NCBI RefSeq assembly: GCF_964188315.1
Contig: NC_135671.1
Span: 35,898,001-35,962,000, forward strand
DNA length: 64,000 nt
Direction: 5' to 3'
Source of the DNA: Podarcis muralis
Taxonomy: Eukaryota
Below are positions 11,573 through 24,206 of this stretch, piece after piece. Numbering within the stretch: position 1 is the stretch's first letter; each line of letters starts with the position of its first letter. Below the pieces are notes generated by a model. It did not search any database, was not told where the DNA came from, and worked only from the letters and a program-made list of their open reading frames with translations. Made by a program: the position numbers and the translations under genes.

Positions 11573-14500
11573 ATGAAGGCTCTTTGGCTGCTGCCCTTCC
11601 TTGCTGGTCTCCTCACCACAGGAGAAGGCATGATCTATGGCCGCTGTGAGCTGGCTCAGAGGCTCCAGCAGTTGGGCTTAGATGGTTATGCTGGCTATAG
11701 CCTGGCCAACTGTAAGTCCATTGGGGGACATCTGGGTATTGGCTAGGCAAGCATTATGAAAAGATAGAATTTATCTGAGTGGGGGGCAGCAGGGGGCAGC
11801 GGCGGCAGGTGGCTGTGCACTACATCTGGGGAGAGTGCTTAATCTTCTGGGTCTGACTGTCTAGGTGTGTAGCTGTAATTATGAGAGGAAGGTGTCCTCC
11901 CTCCGCATTTCTATAGCTAATTTGGAACATGCCATGCTGCATCCTGCTATAGGGCTGCTATAGGACGCAGGTGGCTCTGTGGTCTAAACCAAGAGCCCTT
12001 TGGGCTTGCCAATCGGAAGTTTGGGGGTTCAAATCTCCACGATGGGGTGAGCTCCCGTTGCTCTGTCCCAGCTTCTGCCAATCTAGCAGTTCGAAAGCAC
12101 ACCAGTGCAAGTAGATAAATAGGTACTGCTCCAGCGAGAAGGTAAATGTGGTTTCCGTGCACTCTGGTTTCTGTCATGGTGTCCCGTTGGGCAGAAGCGG
12201 TTTAGTCATCCTGGCCACATGACCCAGGAAGCTGTCTACAGACAAATGCCGGCTCCCTCAGCCTGAAAGCAAGATGAGCGCCACACCCTACAGTCACCTT
12301 TGACTGGGGTCCTTTACCTTTTTACCTTATAGGGCTGCAGGAATAGGGTGTAAATGATGTGTGTGAATGAATGAATCAGGGTGAAGAATGTGGTTTGTGC
12401 ATCCACATAAGTGGAAGGGTGCAGCGTAGAGGTGGATGTGATGAAGTCAGGAACTCACTGGACAGCTGGATTTTTTATTTTTATTTTTGAATTTGCATTT
12501 TATTTATTTGTTAACATTCTTATATTACATCGGTAAATGTTGTCATATTACATTACAGGACATACTATAATATAATTTCCAACATGTATACAAAAATTAT
12601 ATAAAAATTTTATATGCCTAGAAAGAAAATGAAACAAAAAAAGAAAGAAAGAACAAAGAGGAAGGGGAAAAACATCCCCCCCAAATCATATACATACCAA
12701 CACACTAGACTTCCTGTCTTTCCCGTTGTATATTCCTTTTTTACAAATGAATGTACTCTTATTATTGTATGTTTCTTTACATATTATCTAATACATTCCT
12801 ATATCAATATGTGCTCTCAATGTATTTCTCAACTCAATCTCACTCCAATGTCAATCAAATGCTAGCATAGATAGCGAACCTTTACTGTATTTTTGAACAT
12901 GTTTTATATCTATCCCACTTTTCCGTAAATTTTTGTTTTGAATTGCCTCTCAGGGTATTTGTTAACTGCACCATTTCAGCAAATTCTTGTAGCTTATAAT
13001 GCCAGTCTGTTATTGTCGGGGGTTCTTGTTCCTTCCACCCCTTTGCCACCAAAGTCCGCAGCTCGGACTCACTGGACAGTTGGATAAGGCAGGATTTCGA
13101 AACACGTGTGGGTGTGAAGAATGGGGCATCCTCCTCAGAATCTGCGCACTTAGTTCTGACCGTATCATGCCTTCTGTCTCAGGGGTCTGCACAGCATGTC
13201 ATGAGAGCAGCTACAATACCCAGGCCATACACTACGACTCTGACGGCAGTGCTGACTATGGCATCTTCCAGATCAACAGCCGTTACTGGTGCCAGAGTCC
13301 CAGCGAGCCAAGTTCCAACATATGCGGAATTCAATGCTCTGGTGAGAATCGGCTTCTCCTGGAGGGAGATTTGTCTCTTTCAGAGATGGAGAACCTTTGG
13401 CCCACCAGATGTTGATAGTCTACAATTTCCACTATCCCAGACCATTGGTCTTGCTGGCCGGGGCTGATGGAAGTTAGAACCAAAATGACATCTGGAGGGC
13501 CACAGGTTCCCCACCCCAATCTAAATTGTGATGCACAGCACATCAATTGCTTCTGGGAGACAGAAAGGATCAGTTGTCCTTCCTCACCCTGGAACATTCT
13601 GCTTCAGCTCTTTGCAGGTGTGGCATTTGCACTCCCAAAGAGAAAAAGTCAGATAGCTGTGGTTCAGTGGTCTAGGTTGACCAGCTTATTCATATGTTGA
13701 TGTATCTGCTGGCTGGGAAAGCCCGTTTCCTACCTGAAATGCAGCCCTCCTAGCCAGGAGATTTCAAGTTCCACATGTAGTCTGTTTGGACATTAAATTG
13801 TGTAGTCAGATCATAGAAGGTACATTTATTTGACTTGGAATTAGTAAGTGTATAGGGACTGTTCCCCATTTTTTACCCTCTGGATACAAAAGGCTATTTC
13901 AAGCTGCATGCCAGGTGGGAGGGGAGAAAAGGTTGCAACTATGGGAGAGTCAGGCGATATTGTCCGGCCCTTTTTACATCTCTTTTGTCCCTTCAAAACT
14001 GCACCAGGCCTATAACATCCCAACAGGGCCCCTTCATGCCAGCGGTGGAGCTGGCCGCTCGGGCGCCTGGAATGGTGCACATGTCGTGCACCCGGGGGCA
14101 GAGCGATCCGCCAAGGGGGTGGGACAATCGCACAGTCCGCCCAGGGGGGATTTTGTCACCCCCACTCTGGGATGACATCTGGGGTAGGCTGCCCCCCCCC
14201 CACCCCTGCTTCATGCTCCTATTGCATCTGCTTTCCTTGCAGAACTGCTGACGGACAACATCGCCGTAGACGTGGCTTGTGCTAAGGTTGTCGTTGACAA
14301 TTCACCCAACGGACTGGGTGCCTGGTAAGAAGCCCGTGAACTGTTGGGAGAAGGGTCTTCCCTTGTGAGAGGTGGAGGGACACCCTAAACACCACAATCA
14401 CTGCAGAAGCACCAGTTCCCTCTGAGCTGGGGAATATGAGGGTGCCACAATTATGTTAGAAATACTCCTGTTTGATTTGAAAATGGAAGCGACGGTTGAG

Positions 14501-15784
14501 TTGAGGTGTGTCCACTTGAGACAGTCATTGCAAATGTGCAGATGAACAGAATAGAAGTTGAACAGAAGTCTTGGGGGGGGGGGTTGAATGTACAGGGAAA
14601 CAAATCAGGTAACAAGCCTTGGATGAAGACATCCCCAACCTGCCCCCCCACCCCCAGGTCTGTAAAGGTAAAGGTAAAGGTACCCCTGCCCGTACGGGCC
14701 AGTCTTGACAGACTCTGGGGTTGTGCGCCCATCTCACTCAAGAGGCCGGGGGCCAGCGCTGTCCGGAGACACTTCCGGGTCACGTGGCCAGCGTGACATG
14801 GCTGCTCTGGCGAGCCAGAGCCGCACACGGAAACGCCATTTACCTTCCCGCTAGTAAGCGGTCCCTATTTATCTACTTGCACCCGGAGGTGCTTTCGAAC
14901 TGCTAGGTTGGCAGGCGCTGGGACCGAGCAACGGGAGCGCACCCCGCCGCAGGGATTTGAACCACCGACCTTTCGATCGGCAAGCCCTAGGCGCTGAGGC
15001 TTTTACCCACAGCGCCACCCGCTGTACACCCAGGTCTGTACAGCAATGTAAAAATGTGAGTTGGGAGACAGCAAGGGAACGACATCACTCTGTTTCAAGC
15101 CACTAATGTGCACACAGTCTAAGTTGCCATGCCTATGAAATGTGCTGCATTTCAGTTTTTCAAGGGGGGCCCATGGCAATCTGTTAGATCAGGGGTAGTC
15201 AACCTTTTTATACCTACCGCCCACTAATGCATCTTTCTTGATGGTAAAATTTCCTTACCACCCACCAGTGCTCGATGGAAGGAGGATTCAGCTTGTGCCG
15301 TAGAACCCACTACCGCCCACCTAGACTCCTGAAACACCCACTAGTGGGCAGTAGGGAGCAGGTTGACAACCCCTGTGTTAGATGATATCAATTAATATAT
15401 GTTCTTTAACACATCTATTTTAGTTAAGAAAGTTTCGCATAGGGAAACAAGTCAAGTGATAAAACAAAAGCATTGTGCACACTCATGTTTTCTCTGTATC
15501 CAAAGTATTCCCACCACTGGTTTGTGAAACAGTGTGCACACAACCGTAGCCACAAACTATGTCGATCCAGTTGTGATATAACTGTGTTTTGATGCATTCT
15601 CCCCTCACCCCCAGCCAGCTTCAATCCAAATGGAGAAAATGGACAACCTAGCTGTGTTTGGAGCTGATAAAATGCACGCACAGTTCATTTTTCATATCTG
15701 TTCATTTTCCCCTCCAGGGTGGCATGGCGATTACATTGCCAAGGTCAGGACCTGTCTCAATACGTTGCAGGGTGCGACTTGTAG
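11573..15784 (+). CDS. C-type lysozyme B, catalytic Glu35/Asp52 intact, acidic, 148 aa
   Basis: Exons (+): 11573-11711, 13183-13341, 14243-14324, 15718-15784 (TAG), all GT-AG. Protein [152 protein letters not shown] box upstream and AATAAA downstream. Confidence 0.93.
11959..12327 (+). mobile_element. Sauria SINE with 11-bp TSD
   Basis: More diverged copy in gene B intron 1. TSD tatagggctgc at 11948-11958 and 12328-12338. Confidence 0.9.
12470..13010 (-). mobile_element. L1 LINE 3' fragment
   Basis: Minus-strand translation [29 protein letters not shown] matches the squamate L1 ORF2 C-terminus pattern, followed by an A-rich 3' tail. Confidence 0.7.
14665..15022 (-). mobile_element. Sauria SINE (second subfamily) with 12-bp TSD
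   Basis: 3' part ggtacccctgcccgtacgggccagtc. TSD cccaggtctgta at 14653-14664 and 15029-15040. Confidence 0.92.
15190..15375. mobile_element. hAT-type MITE with 8-bp TSD
   Basis: TIR caggggt(a/t)gtcaacct. TSD tgttagat at 15182-15189 and 15376-15383. Confidence 0.85.
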
Positions 15785-15885
15785 AAAAAACACAATATCC
15801 TGGTGTCGGCAGGGATGCTAGAAAACTGACTCCAGCCTCAGTTATGTCTCAGCCTGTCAAGAAATTGTTCTAACTCAGTCGCAAA

Positions 15886-15891
15886 AATAAA
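15886..15891 (+). terminator. Polyadenylation signal AATAAA of lysozyme B
   Basis: AATAAA about 100 nt after the stop, followed by ATTAAA at 15895-15900. Confidence 0.65.
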
Positions 15892-16339
15892 TGCATTAAA
15901 AAATGCTGGAGACCTGTTTTATAATGTCAGTTCAGCACCTCTCCTTACATTGTAGGTGGGAGAACCTTGGGAGGAGTCACTACAAGGATGTCCTAGGCAG
16001 GTGAAGTCCTGGGTTATTCAGGCATGTCTCAGAAAGTTTGTAGGAACTACCTGGAAAATGACTTGTTTATTGAGTGGTTATTATTGTTGCTGTTATTGTT
16101 TGAATTTATTGCCTGCCTTCGACCAGCAGGTCCCATGGCAGGTTACAACAATTTAAAACTCAGAATTAAAAGCACACACACATTACAGTCACAGGAATAG
16201 GGTGGGCCAAATGCCAGGATAAAGAAGTTTGTGTCTTCAGCCCTTGCTCAAACCTATAATGCCACAACATAGGAGCTGCCACAGAGAAGGCCTTCTTTCC
16301 TCGGGGCCAACAGCTGAGTTTGGGAACACTCTCAAGAGG

Positions 16340-17170
16340 CAGAATCTATGCCAAAACATGGGTGAAGTCATGCCACATTGATGTTTCAGTCCTCCATCTT
16401 GATTCAAAACAGTGCCCAGCATCCAAACAGTGACAGAGTCCACTGCCCTGACCTTGGTAAGCCTCATGGTGAGTTTTGCAATGATATATTTAATGGTAGC
16501 TAAACCTATGCAAAAAAAAAGGGCTAAGTCATGCCAAAATCGTATTTCAGTCTACCATCTTGAATCACAATGGTGCCCAGCATCCAAATATCGACAAAGA
16601 CCATTGCCCCTGTGGTGGGAACGTCATGCCAAGTTTGTCGACAATATCTCAAGAGGATGCCAAACCTATGCCCAAAAGTTACCCTCAGGGTAACTTCCAA
16701 CTCTATAATTCTATGATTCTATGGATGCAGTAATACAAAAGTCACATTTTGGTCCACCATCCAGATTCAAAATTGCACCCACACGTTGATGTAGATCCTG
16801 ACCTCAGGAACCTTCATGGCAAGGATATCTCAAGAGGTGGGCTAACCTGTGTAAAAAAAGGGGGGGCAAAGTTACAACCAAATTGATGTTTTGGCCTGGC
16901 GTATTGATTCAGAATGGCACCTGGCATTGAAATGGCAATGTAGTCTGCTACCCCCACCTCAGGAACCCAGTGTGGCAATGATATATCAAGAGGTGACAGA
17001 GCCTATGCCAAAAATTGGACAAAGTCATGTCAAAGTGACTTTTTCGTCAACCATCTTGATTCAAAATGGTGGCTAGCATCCAAACGTTGACAAAGATTGC
17101 TGCCCCTATCTCAAGAGCCCTCCTGCCAACTTGGGTGGCAAGATCTTAAGCAACAACCAAACCTATAGAA
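16340..17170. repeat. Degenerate tandem array, about 5 units of 140-200 bp
   Basis: Anchor ccatcttgattcaaaa..gcatccaaa..atatctcaagagg..aaacctatg recurs at 16394, 16555, 16757, about 16899 and 17051. Confidence 0.65.
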
Positions 17171-17480
17171 CCACCCTAAGAGACAAGAGTCTCAAGAGCT
17201 CCTCTTCTTGGTATGTTGCTCACTTTCCTTTGTAAGGACATAAGAAGAGATCGGCTGGATCAGGCCAAAGATCCATCTAGTTCAGCATCCTGTTTTCATA
17301 GTGACCCACCAGGTGCCCCATTTCAATTCAGTTGGGTCTCAGAATTAACCCTTGAATGAGTCAAGGCTGAAGTGAGTTCAGAAGCTAATAGCCCATCACA
17401 ACAAGCAAATAGATGGAGTGTAGCTCCACATGAACAGGGGGTATCATACTGAAGGATGTGTCATACAACTAATTTTGGGT

Positions 17481-17832
17481 TTAGGTACCCCTGCCCGTAC
17501 GGGCCAGTCTTGACAGACTCTAGGGTTGTGCGCTCATCTCACTCTATAGGCCAGGAGCCAGCGCTGTCCGCAGACACTTCCAGGTCATGTGGCCAGCGTG
17601 ACAAGCTGCATCTGGCGAGCCAGAGCCACACACAGAAACGCCGTTTACCTTCCCGCTAGTAAGCGGTCCCTATTTATCTACTTGCACCCGGGGGTGCTTT
17701 CGAACTGCTAGGTTGGCAGGCGCTGGGACCGAACAACAGGAGCGCACCCCGCTGCGGGGATTCGAACCGCCGACCTTTCGATCAGCAAGCCCTAGGCGCT
17801 GAGGCTTTTACCCACAGCGCCACCCGCGTCCC
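17481..17832 (-). mobile_element. Sauria SINE (second subfamily) with 10-bp TSD
   Basis: TSD aattttgggt at 17471-17480 and 17836-17845. Confidence 0.9.
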
Positions 17833-17958
17833 TCCAATTTTGGGTAGCTGTTGTCAAAAAGGCTACACCAGCTGCACAGGAAAATATAAGAGGTGAAACC
17901 AACAGGTACAGCAAGGGCTCATCCATACTTTGTCTTGACCCATATTTTGCTCATATTA

Positions 17959-18094
17959 CAGGCTTCCTCAACCTCGGCCCTCCATATGTTTTGAGACTAC
18001 AATTCCCAGCATCCCGGACCACTGGTCCTGCTAGCTGGGGATGATGGGAGTTGTAGTCCCAAAACATCTGGAGGTCCAAGTTTGGGGATGTCTG
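17959..18094. mobile_element. Abundant squamate palindromic MITE (actacaactcccatcagc/gatgggagttgtagtcc family)
   Basis: Hairpin-like element of about 130 bp. Further degenerate copies at about 2010-2120, 4300-4400, 7197-7290, 13395-13510, 19040-19145, 28240-28340, 31650-31750, 36410-36490, 41170-41290, 48910-49030 and 51320-51400. Confidence 0.7.
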
Positions 18095-19187
18095 TTCTAT
18101 ACTGTCCTTCATCCGAGGATCACAGGATGGTTTACCACATAAGAACACAAGAAGTGGCTGACTTTCTTGGTCATGCTACATTTCCTCAGCTTGGCTGCGG
18201 AAACAAGTTGGCATATGAGTGAGCGTCAGTAAACAGAACTTGCTCTTTTGGAAATTCAAGGTAGTTTACAGAATGCTAACATGGACACCCTTGGGTGGGC
18301 CAAGGAGGCTGTGCCAGAATCTTGTTTATCTCCACTCTCCACTGGTTGAGGGAAATTGTGCTTCAGGGAAGCGATGGCCCCTCTGACTAGCGAACCATGA
18401 TGCCTTCAGTTGACATTTAAATTTTAAGGTGAGGCAGTCCACTTGTTGTGGGGAAATAATATGACTAATATGTGAACTTTTGTTTTTATTGCTTTGAAAA
18501 GCTTTGTTAACAACTGGAGTAATTTATCTTTTCTCTGCCAGCTCTGTCATATGCTCCTCCTCCTCCTCCTCCTCCTCTCTCTGTTGACCAGTCAGTACCT
18601 CCATTCTGATACCTGTCCTGTTTTGTCACTGCTTAGCAAGAAGATGCCTTTTATGGCTGTGCTGTTCCCTTGTTTAACATCTGAGTGATCCTGAAGGGAA
18701 CAAATGGTACACATAGTTCCATTGCTTCCTACAAGACTAGCAGATGAGGAGCAAAACGGAACTTCTTCTCTAAGTTCACCCAGATAGAATTAGGGCTGTA
18801 ACTGAAAAATGTCCTAGTCTATTGAAGTGCAAGAGAAGGAAATATAGGCCCTATACATTTAAAGCAGTACCATGGCACTTTAAACTGTCATAGCTTCTGT
18901 CAAAGAGTCCACGGAACTGTTGTTTGCTAAAGGTGCCAAGTATTGTTAGGAGACTCTTTCTCCCTCACAGAGCTACAGTTCCCAGACTTCCTTGGGAAGA
19001 GGGATTCAGAGCTAAACTACTCTGCAGGGAGTCTTTGGTCCTCCAGTTGATGTTGAACTATGAGCCTCATCAGCCCCAACAAGCATGGCCAATGGCCAGG
19101 ATTGACACGAGCTGCAGGTCAGCTACATCTGGAGGGCCACATCTGAATTAAAGATACAGAAGGGAGTTGTTACATGCAACCCTAACC

Positions 19188-20104
19188 TAAGGTTACCAGA
19201 TTTTTTCAATGACTTCAGGACGCTTTAAATACATACATACATACATACATACATACATACTACACGTTCGGGATGTTGATGCTGCAGCAATGGCGGTGGC
19301 AGAAGGGCGGCCGCCACCTTGACCTCAACCGCCATGTTTTCCTTTCCTCTGAGACTTCTATCTCTTCTCTCCATGAGTCCGGGCAGCCCAAGTTTTTGGT
19401 TTTTTGGTGGTGGTGGTGGGGAAGCAGTGCACAGTGGATCAGGCATGGAAGGTGGAGGAGGGCTGAGAGCGGTGGCGATGAGGCTCGGGCAGCACAATAC
19501 CTCTTTCCCCATCAGAGCAGCCCCAATCCCATTCCTACTTGCGTGGAAGCAGGAGGGGGCGGGGATCTCTCAGCTGGGAAGCGAGGCTTCACACTGCCTT
19601 TCGGAGCAGCCCCATCCCAACTCCTACTTGCGTGCAAGCAGGAAGGGGCAGGGATCTCTCAGGCAGCGCAATGCCTCCCTTCCCATCGGAGCAGCCCCAA
19701 TCCCATTCCTACTTGTGTGCAAGCAGGAGGGGGCAGGGATCCCTCAGCTGGTAAGGGAGGCTTCCCGTTGCCTAACTGAGAGATCCCTGCCCCCTCCTGC
19801 TTGCACGCAAGCTCTGATAAGCAGCGTGAAGCCTCCCTTCACAGCTTAGTTCCTGGGGTCAGGGAAAGTGGAGGCAGCCCAGAAGTGGCATCTGAGAGTC
19901 CCTGAACCACCCTCATATGGGGACTTCCAAGCAGCTCCTGAAGCTAGCCAGAGCCAACTGCTCCAGGCTGCTGAGACTGCCGCTGCTGCATTTCCAGGGG
20001 ACATTAGATGAAATCTGGGGACATTCCAGGGATGGAATTTGTCCAGGGTCTTATTCACAAATCCAGGAACTGTCCCCGGGAAACAGGGAGGTCTGGTAAC
20101 CCTA
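19188..20104. mobile_element. Non-autonomous DNA transposon (TIR agg(g)ttaccaga..tctggtaacccta) with internal 85-90-bp repeats
   Basis: Ends match the short copy at about 7690-7811. Three direct internal units and one inverted partial unit at about 19505-19820. Confidence 0.6.
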
Positions 20105-20182
20105 CCCTAACCGAGAAACCAGCTTCATCAGCTCTATTGGAATAAAGACCATTCATACTGGGTGAAGATCGCCCAACATCAT

Positions 20183-20728
20183 GTTTAAGGATCAGAAACC
20201 ATTTATTTAGATCCTTTGGTAGCTGCACTCCGCTGTTCCCGGAAGACAGAGACATGGTCACAAGTGGTTTGCGGTTAGGTATTTTTAAGCCCTTTAACAA
20301 AACAAGTTAAGATAAACAGTGGACCAGGTGCGTAAGAATCAGCCACCCCAGCCTATAATTAGCTCAGATGTGTTCCAGACTAATCTCGATTCATTTGGTT
20401 AGAGGAACCGAAAAGCAGCTGAGGTTCCAAAAGAAGGCCTCTTGTCCATCTGTTTGGCCGCTCGGGTTGTCTGTACACTCACCACTTGGGGGGTTTCAAG
20501 ACAGAAGGCGACGTGTCAATTGATACTTAGGTCTTCAGAGGCCCCACCTCAGCTCCATTTTGCTATGAGCTCAACAAGGTCCTCATTTTCAGGAAACATT
20601 GCTCAATCTTCAAGCCATCGTCACCAGACTTGGGGTTGGCTCGCCTATCTAGTTAATTGGGTAAAGCCCTGAGCCTGATATCTCAAGTGGTCACTTGACT
20701 TGTCTGCCCCTAAATCCGGATTTACACA
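20183..20728 (-). mobile_element. Possible solo LTR
   Basis: On the minus strand a TATA-like cttaaaaata is followed about 80 nt later by AATAAA, with TG..CA-like ends. No convincing TSD found. Confidence 0.35.
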
Positions 20729-21344
20729 GAAACTTCAGATAATGAACTTGGTTACTTCGTTCAGAGGCTTTTCCTCAAAGAAGTGATGACAACAACAACC
20801 AGCCATTTCTTACTGAGATATAAGGTCCCATGATATAGCAAAATCACATCTTTCAGGTTACATATTAAAATTACCAAAGTGAGCCTGCAGCAAACAATTG
20901 ACTCAAGAGAGCAGTGATTAGTGGAGAGTCTTGAGCAATAAATGTAGACACCATGTGTCGACCAAGCAACCTTTGACCAATCTGTGTTGACTCAGTACAT
21001 TAGAGCAGAAGCTGAGAAGCATTATTCCTAGCAGTCTGAATTAATCCTGTCAGGAGCAGCTTTGAAACTCCTGAGTTTCCAAGAAACAACCAATGCTATC
21101 AACACCTCTCAGCAGGACAACAGTGTTCCTGGAAGCCTTTAACCTGAGACCTTCGAGTATAGGGTAGTATAGAAATGAAATGAAATATAAATAAATCATG
21201 TCTCCAACTTAAAGCAAACTTGGATTGTAACAAATAATGGACTTCACATGCTCAACAGAAACTCTCAGCATCCTGGATGCCTTCCAATAAGCAAGACTTG
21301 AAAAGGCTGGCATAGGGCATCATACTGAAGACACACAGGCCTTT

Positions 21345-21978
21345 CTTTTCTTTTTCTTAAAAATAGCTTTTATTGGAATTTTATTTACAACATAACATAA
21401 ACCCCCCACCCCCCAATACACAATCCACCCTCATTAAATGTGAACATAACATACAGTGAGCATAACATACAACAATACAAACAACCAAATAAAAGACTTC
21501 CTTTATCCTGTATCTGGCCTCCCTATTTACTTCTTATAAACTGTTTCCTTTATGAAGAATTATTAAGATTTTTCTAATTATAATTTAAATATCCACAAAG
21601 TCTCCTGCAGACATTAATCGAAACAAGTCCAGGTATGTAATTTCAGGGCACTTTTGTGAAGTATTCTCTGCATTTTCCCCATGCTTTTTGAAACTCTTGT
21701 CTAGTGTGATCTCTAATTGCCTCTGTTAATCTAGCCAGCTCAATATACGCTAACAGTTTGTCTTGCCATTCCTTTTTTGTTGGCACAGTTTCATTTTTTC
21801 CAGTTTTTAGCAATTAGGATCCTTGCCGCTCCTGTGGCATAGAGGAATATTTTCTGATCTCTTGCTATAGCTGTGTCCATTATCCCTAGTAGAAAAGCTT
21901 CTGTATTTTTTATAAAGTTATACTTAAACATTTTTTTAAGCTCGTCATATACTGTGTTCCAGAAGCTTTTGATTTTTT
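21345..21978 (-). mobile_element. L1 LINE 3' fragment (frameshifted ORF2 C-terminus)
   Basis: Minus-strand translation SFWNTVYDELKKMF..EAFLLGI..LYATGAARILIAKNWK/NETVPTKKEWQDKLLAYIELARLT. Confidence 0.8.
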
Positions 21979-23184
21979 CACAGGTCCACCAAACCTTTCA
22001 ATAAAAAATGTAATATGGCTAAATGGGAAATGGATATGAATTGAAATCTACAGTCCACACATAGAACAGTCTGAGCAAGAGGACTCTGGGAGGCCGGTGT
22101 AGCACATTCCTTGAGAATGGGGATGTGACAGAAAAAGTGGAGGGGAAGCTTGCTCTGTCTCGTCTGTGTTCCCAACAGCCTGGTTCACATATAACACTAA
22201 GCCATGGCTTGTTTAACAAACCGTGAGTTAAGGCAGCAACAAACCATTGCTTCAAATCATGGTTTGTTGGCGGTAAAAACAAACAGCAGTTAAGCTACTG
22301 GGCAAGGTTCATACATAACACTAAGTCATGATACATCATTATGTGTGAAGCAGGCCATTGTTGTTGCCATTATAAAATCTGCATTAATCCCTTGAATATG
22401 CATGTATGTTTTGTTTTATTCTTTTAATTGTAAATTTGTAAATGAGCTTGAAAACCATTGTTGCAGGATGGGATGTGAAATCACTGTGTATCCTAATTCC
22501 CATTCTATTCTCTAAGTGCCGTAGCCTAGATATTCAAAACAGCCACACACTAGAAGGGAGTATTGGCAAACTTGTTTGTAAAACCAAAACTTCATTATTA
22601 TTACTATTATTGTTGCTTTTTAAAAAAAACAACTAAAGAAAGGGAGGGGATCTGCCCAAAAGCCCATTAAAGACTCGTGGAATGTGGACTGATAGTTGAG
22701 AGGAAAAACTGTAACACAGTTGCTCTGTGAGATGTGACTTTATTTTGCCATTATTCTACTTCTACTGTGTACTTCGTTGTTCTTATTTATTGTTTGACTG
22801 GATTTGTTCATGTTGTATTTTTCTAAATGCTTGATAAAATATATAATTAAACCAGAGAGAGAGAAAAGCAGAAGGGGTTACAGAAATCCAAGTTGGAGGG
22901 GAAATGAAATAAAGAGACTGCGAAATGACTATCGAGAAGGACGCACACACCCATTCCCTCTCTCTTTTGCCACCACTGTCCAGACCCCATCCTGCCTGTT
23001 CACTTGCTCTCTTGCCAGATGGCAGCTGCCTATCATTTATTCTAGGCTGCCACATGATTGAAAAAGGAGATCTCTGAAGGCTGTCTATGGCCACACACCA
23101 TTTTGTTGCAGGGCTCCAGTCTGATCGCAACCTCAGTTCTCCAAGTACTGTTGCTTCTGAAGTCCAAATGGCACAACACATATA

Positions 23185-23636
23185 CAGTGGTACCTCAGGT
23201 TAAGAACTTAATTCATTCTGGAGGTCTGTTCTTAACCTGAAACTGGTCTTAACCTAAGATACCACTTTAGCTAATGGGACCTCCCGTTGATGCTGCTGTG
23301 CAATTTCTGTTCTCATCCTGAAGCAAAGTTCTTAACCTGAGGTACAGTGGTACCTCGGGTTACATACGCTTCAGGTTACATATGCTTCAGGTTACAGACT
23401 CCACTAACCCAGAAATAGTACCTTGGGTTAAGAACTTTGCTTCAGGATGAGAACAGAAATTATGCGGCGGCAGCAGGAGGCCCCATTAGCTAAAGTGGTA
23501 TCTTAGGTTAAGACCAGTTTCAGATTAAGAACGGACCTCCAGAACGAATTAAGTTCTTAACCCAAGGTACTACTGTACTATTTCTGGGTTAGCAAGTGTC
23601 TGTAACCTGAAGCGCCTGTAACCTGAGGTACCACTG
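23185..23636. mobile_element. Tc1/mariner MITE containing an inverted copy of itself (23345-23575)
   Basis: Outer TIRs at 23185 and 23636. The inner copy sits in the opposite orientation at an internal TA, which is duplicated. Confidence 0.85.
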
Positions 23637-24048
23637 TAGGCAAAGAGGGAGGTAGCATCAGATTTGGGGGGCCTGGAACCAAAGATTTAAGTTTCTAAAA
23701 GGTAGAACAGCCTGCAGAGGAAATGGAAAACCCTGGAAAACCATCCAATAAGGGCTGAGGACAGTAACCATAGGATGCTGGCTGACTGATGAAGAAAACT
23801 GGGTCATATCTACAACTTAATTTTAAAGTACTTTTATACCATGTTAAAAAGCACGGCTTCCGCCAAAGAACCTTGGGGAACTGTCGTTTGTTAAGGGTGC
23901 TGAGCAATGTAAGCAGACCCCCTATTCCCCTCATAGGCGAATGGTAGCTTTTGGAGGGAGTAATGGATCGCAGCACAAACTACAGTTTCCATAATTCTTA
24001 GGGGGAATACATGACCATTTAAAGCACCTTTAAACGTACCGTGCAGAT

Positions 24049-24206
24049 CAGTGGCGTAGCGTGGGTTGTCAGCACCCGGGGCAAGGCAAGTAATTTGCGC
24101 CCCCTAACCCGTGGAGTTGCGCCCCCTAACCTGTGGATTTGCCCTAACCCCAGATGTTGCGCCCGGTGCGGCCGGCCCCCCCTGCACCCCCCACGCTACG
24201 CCACTG
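24049..24206. mobile_element. hAT-type MITE with 8-bp TSD and internal 22-bp repeat
   Basis: TIR cagtggcgtagcgtgg. TSD gtgcagat at 24041-24048 and 24207-24214. Confidence 0.87.
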
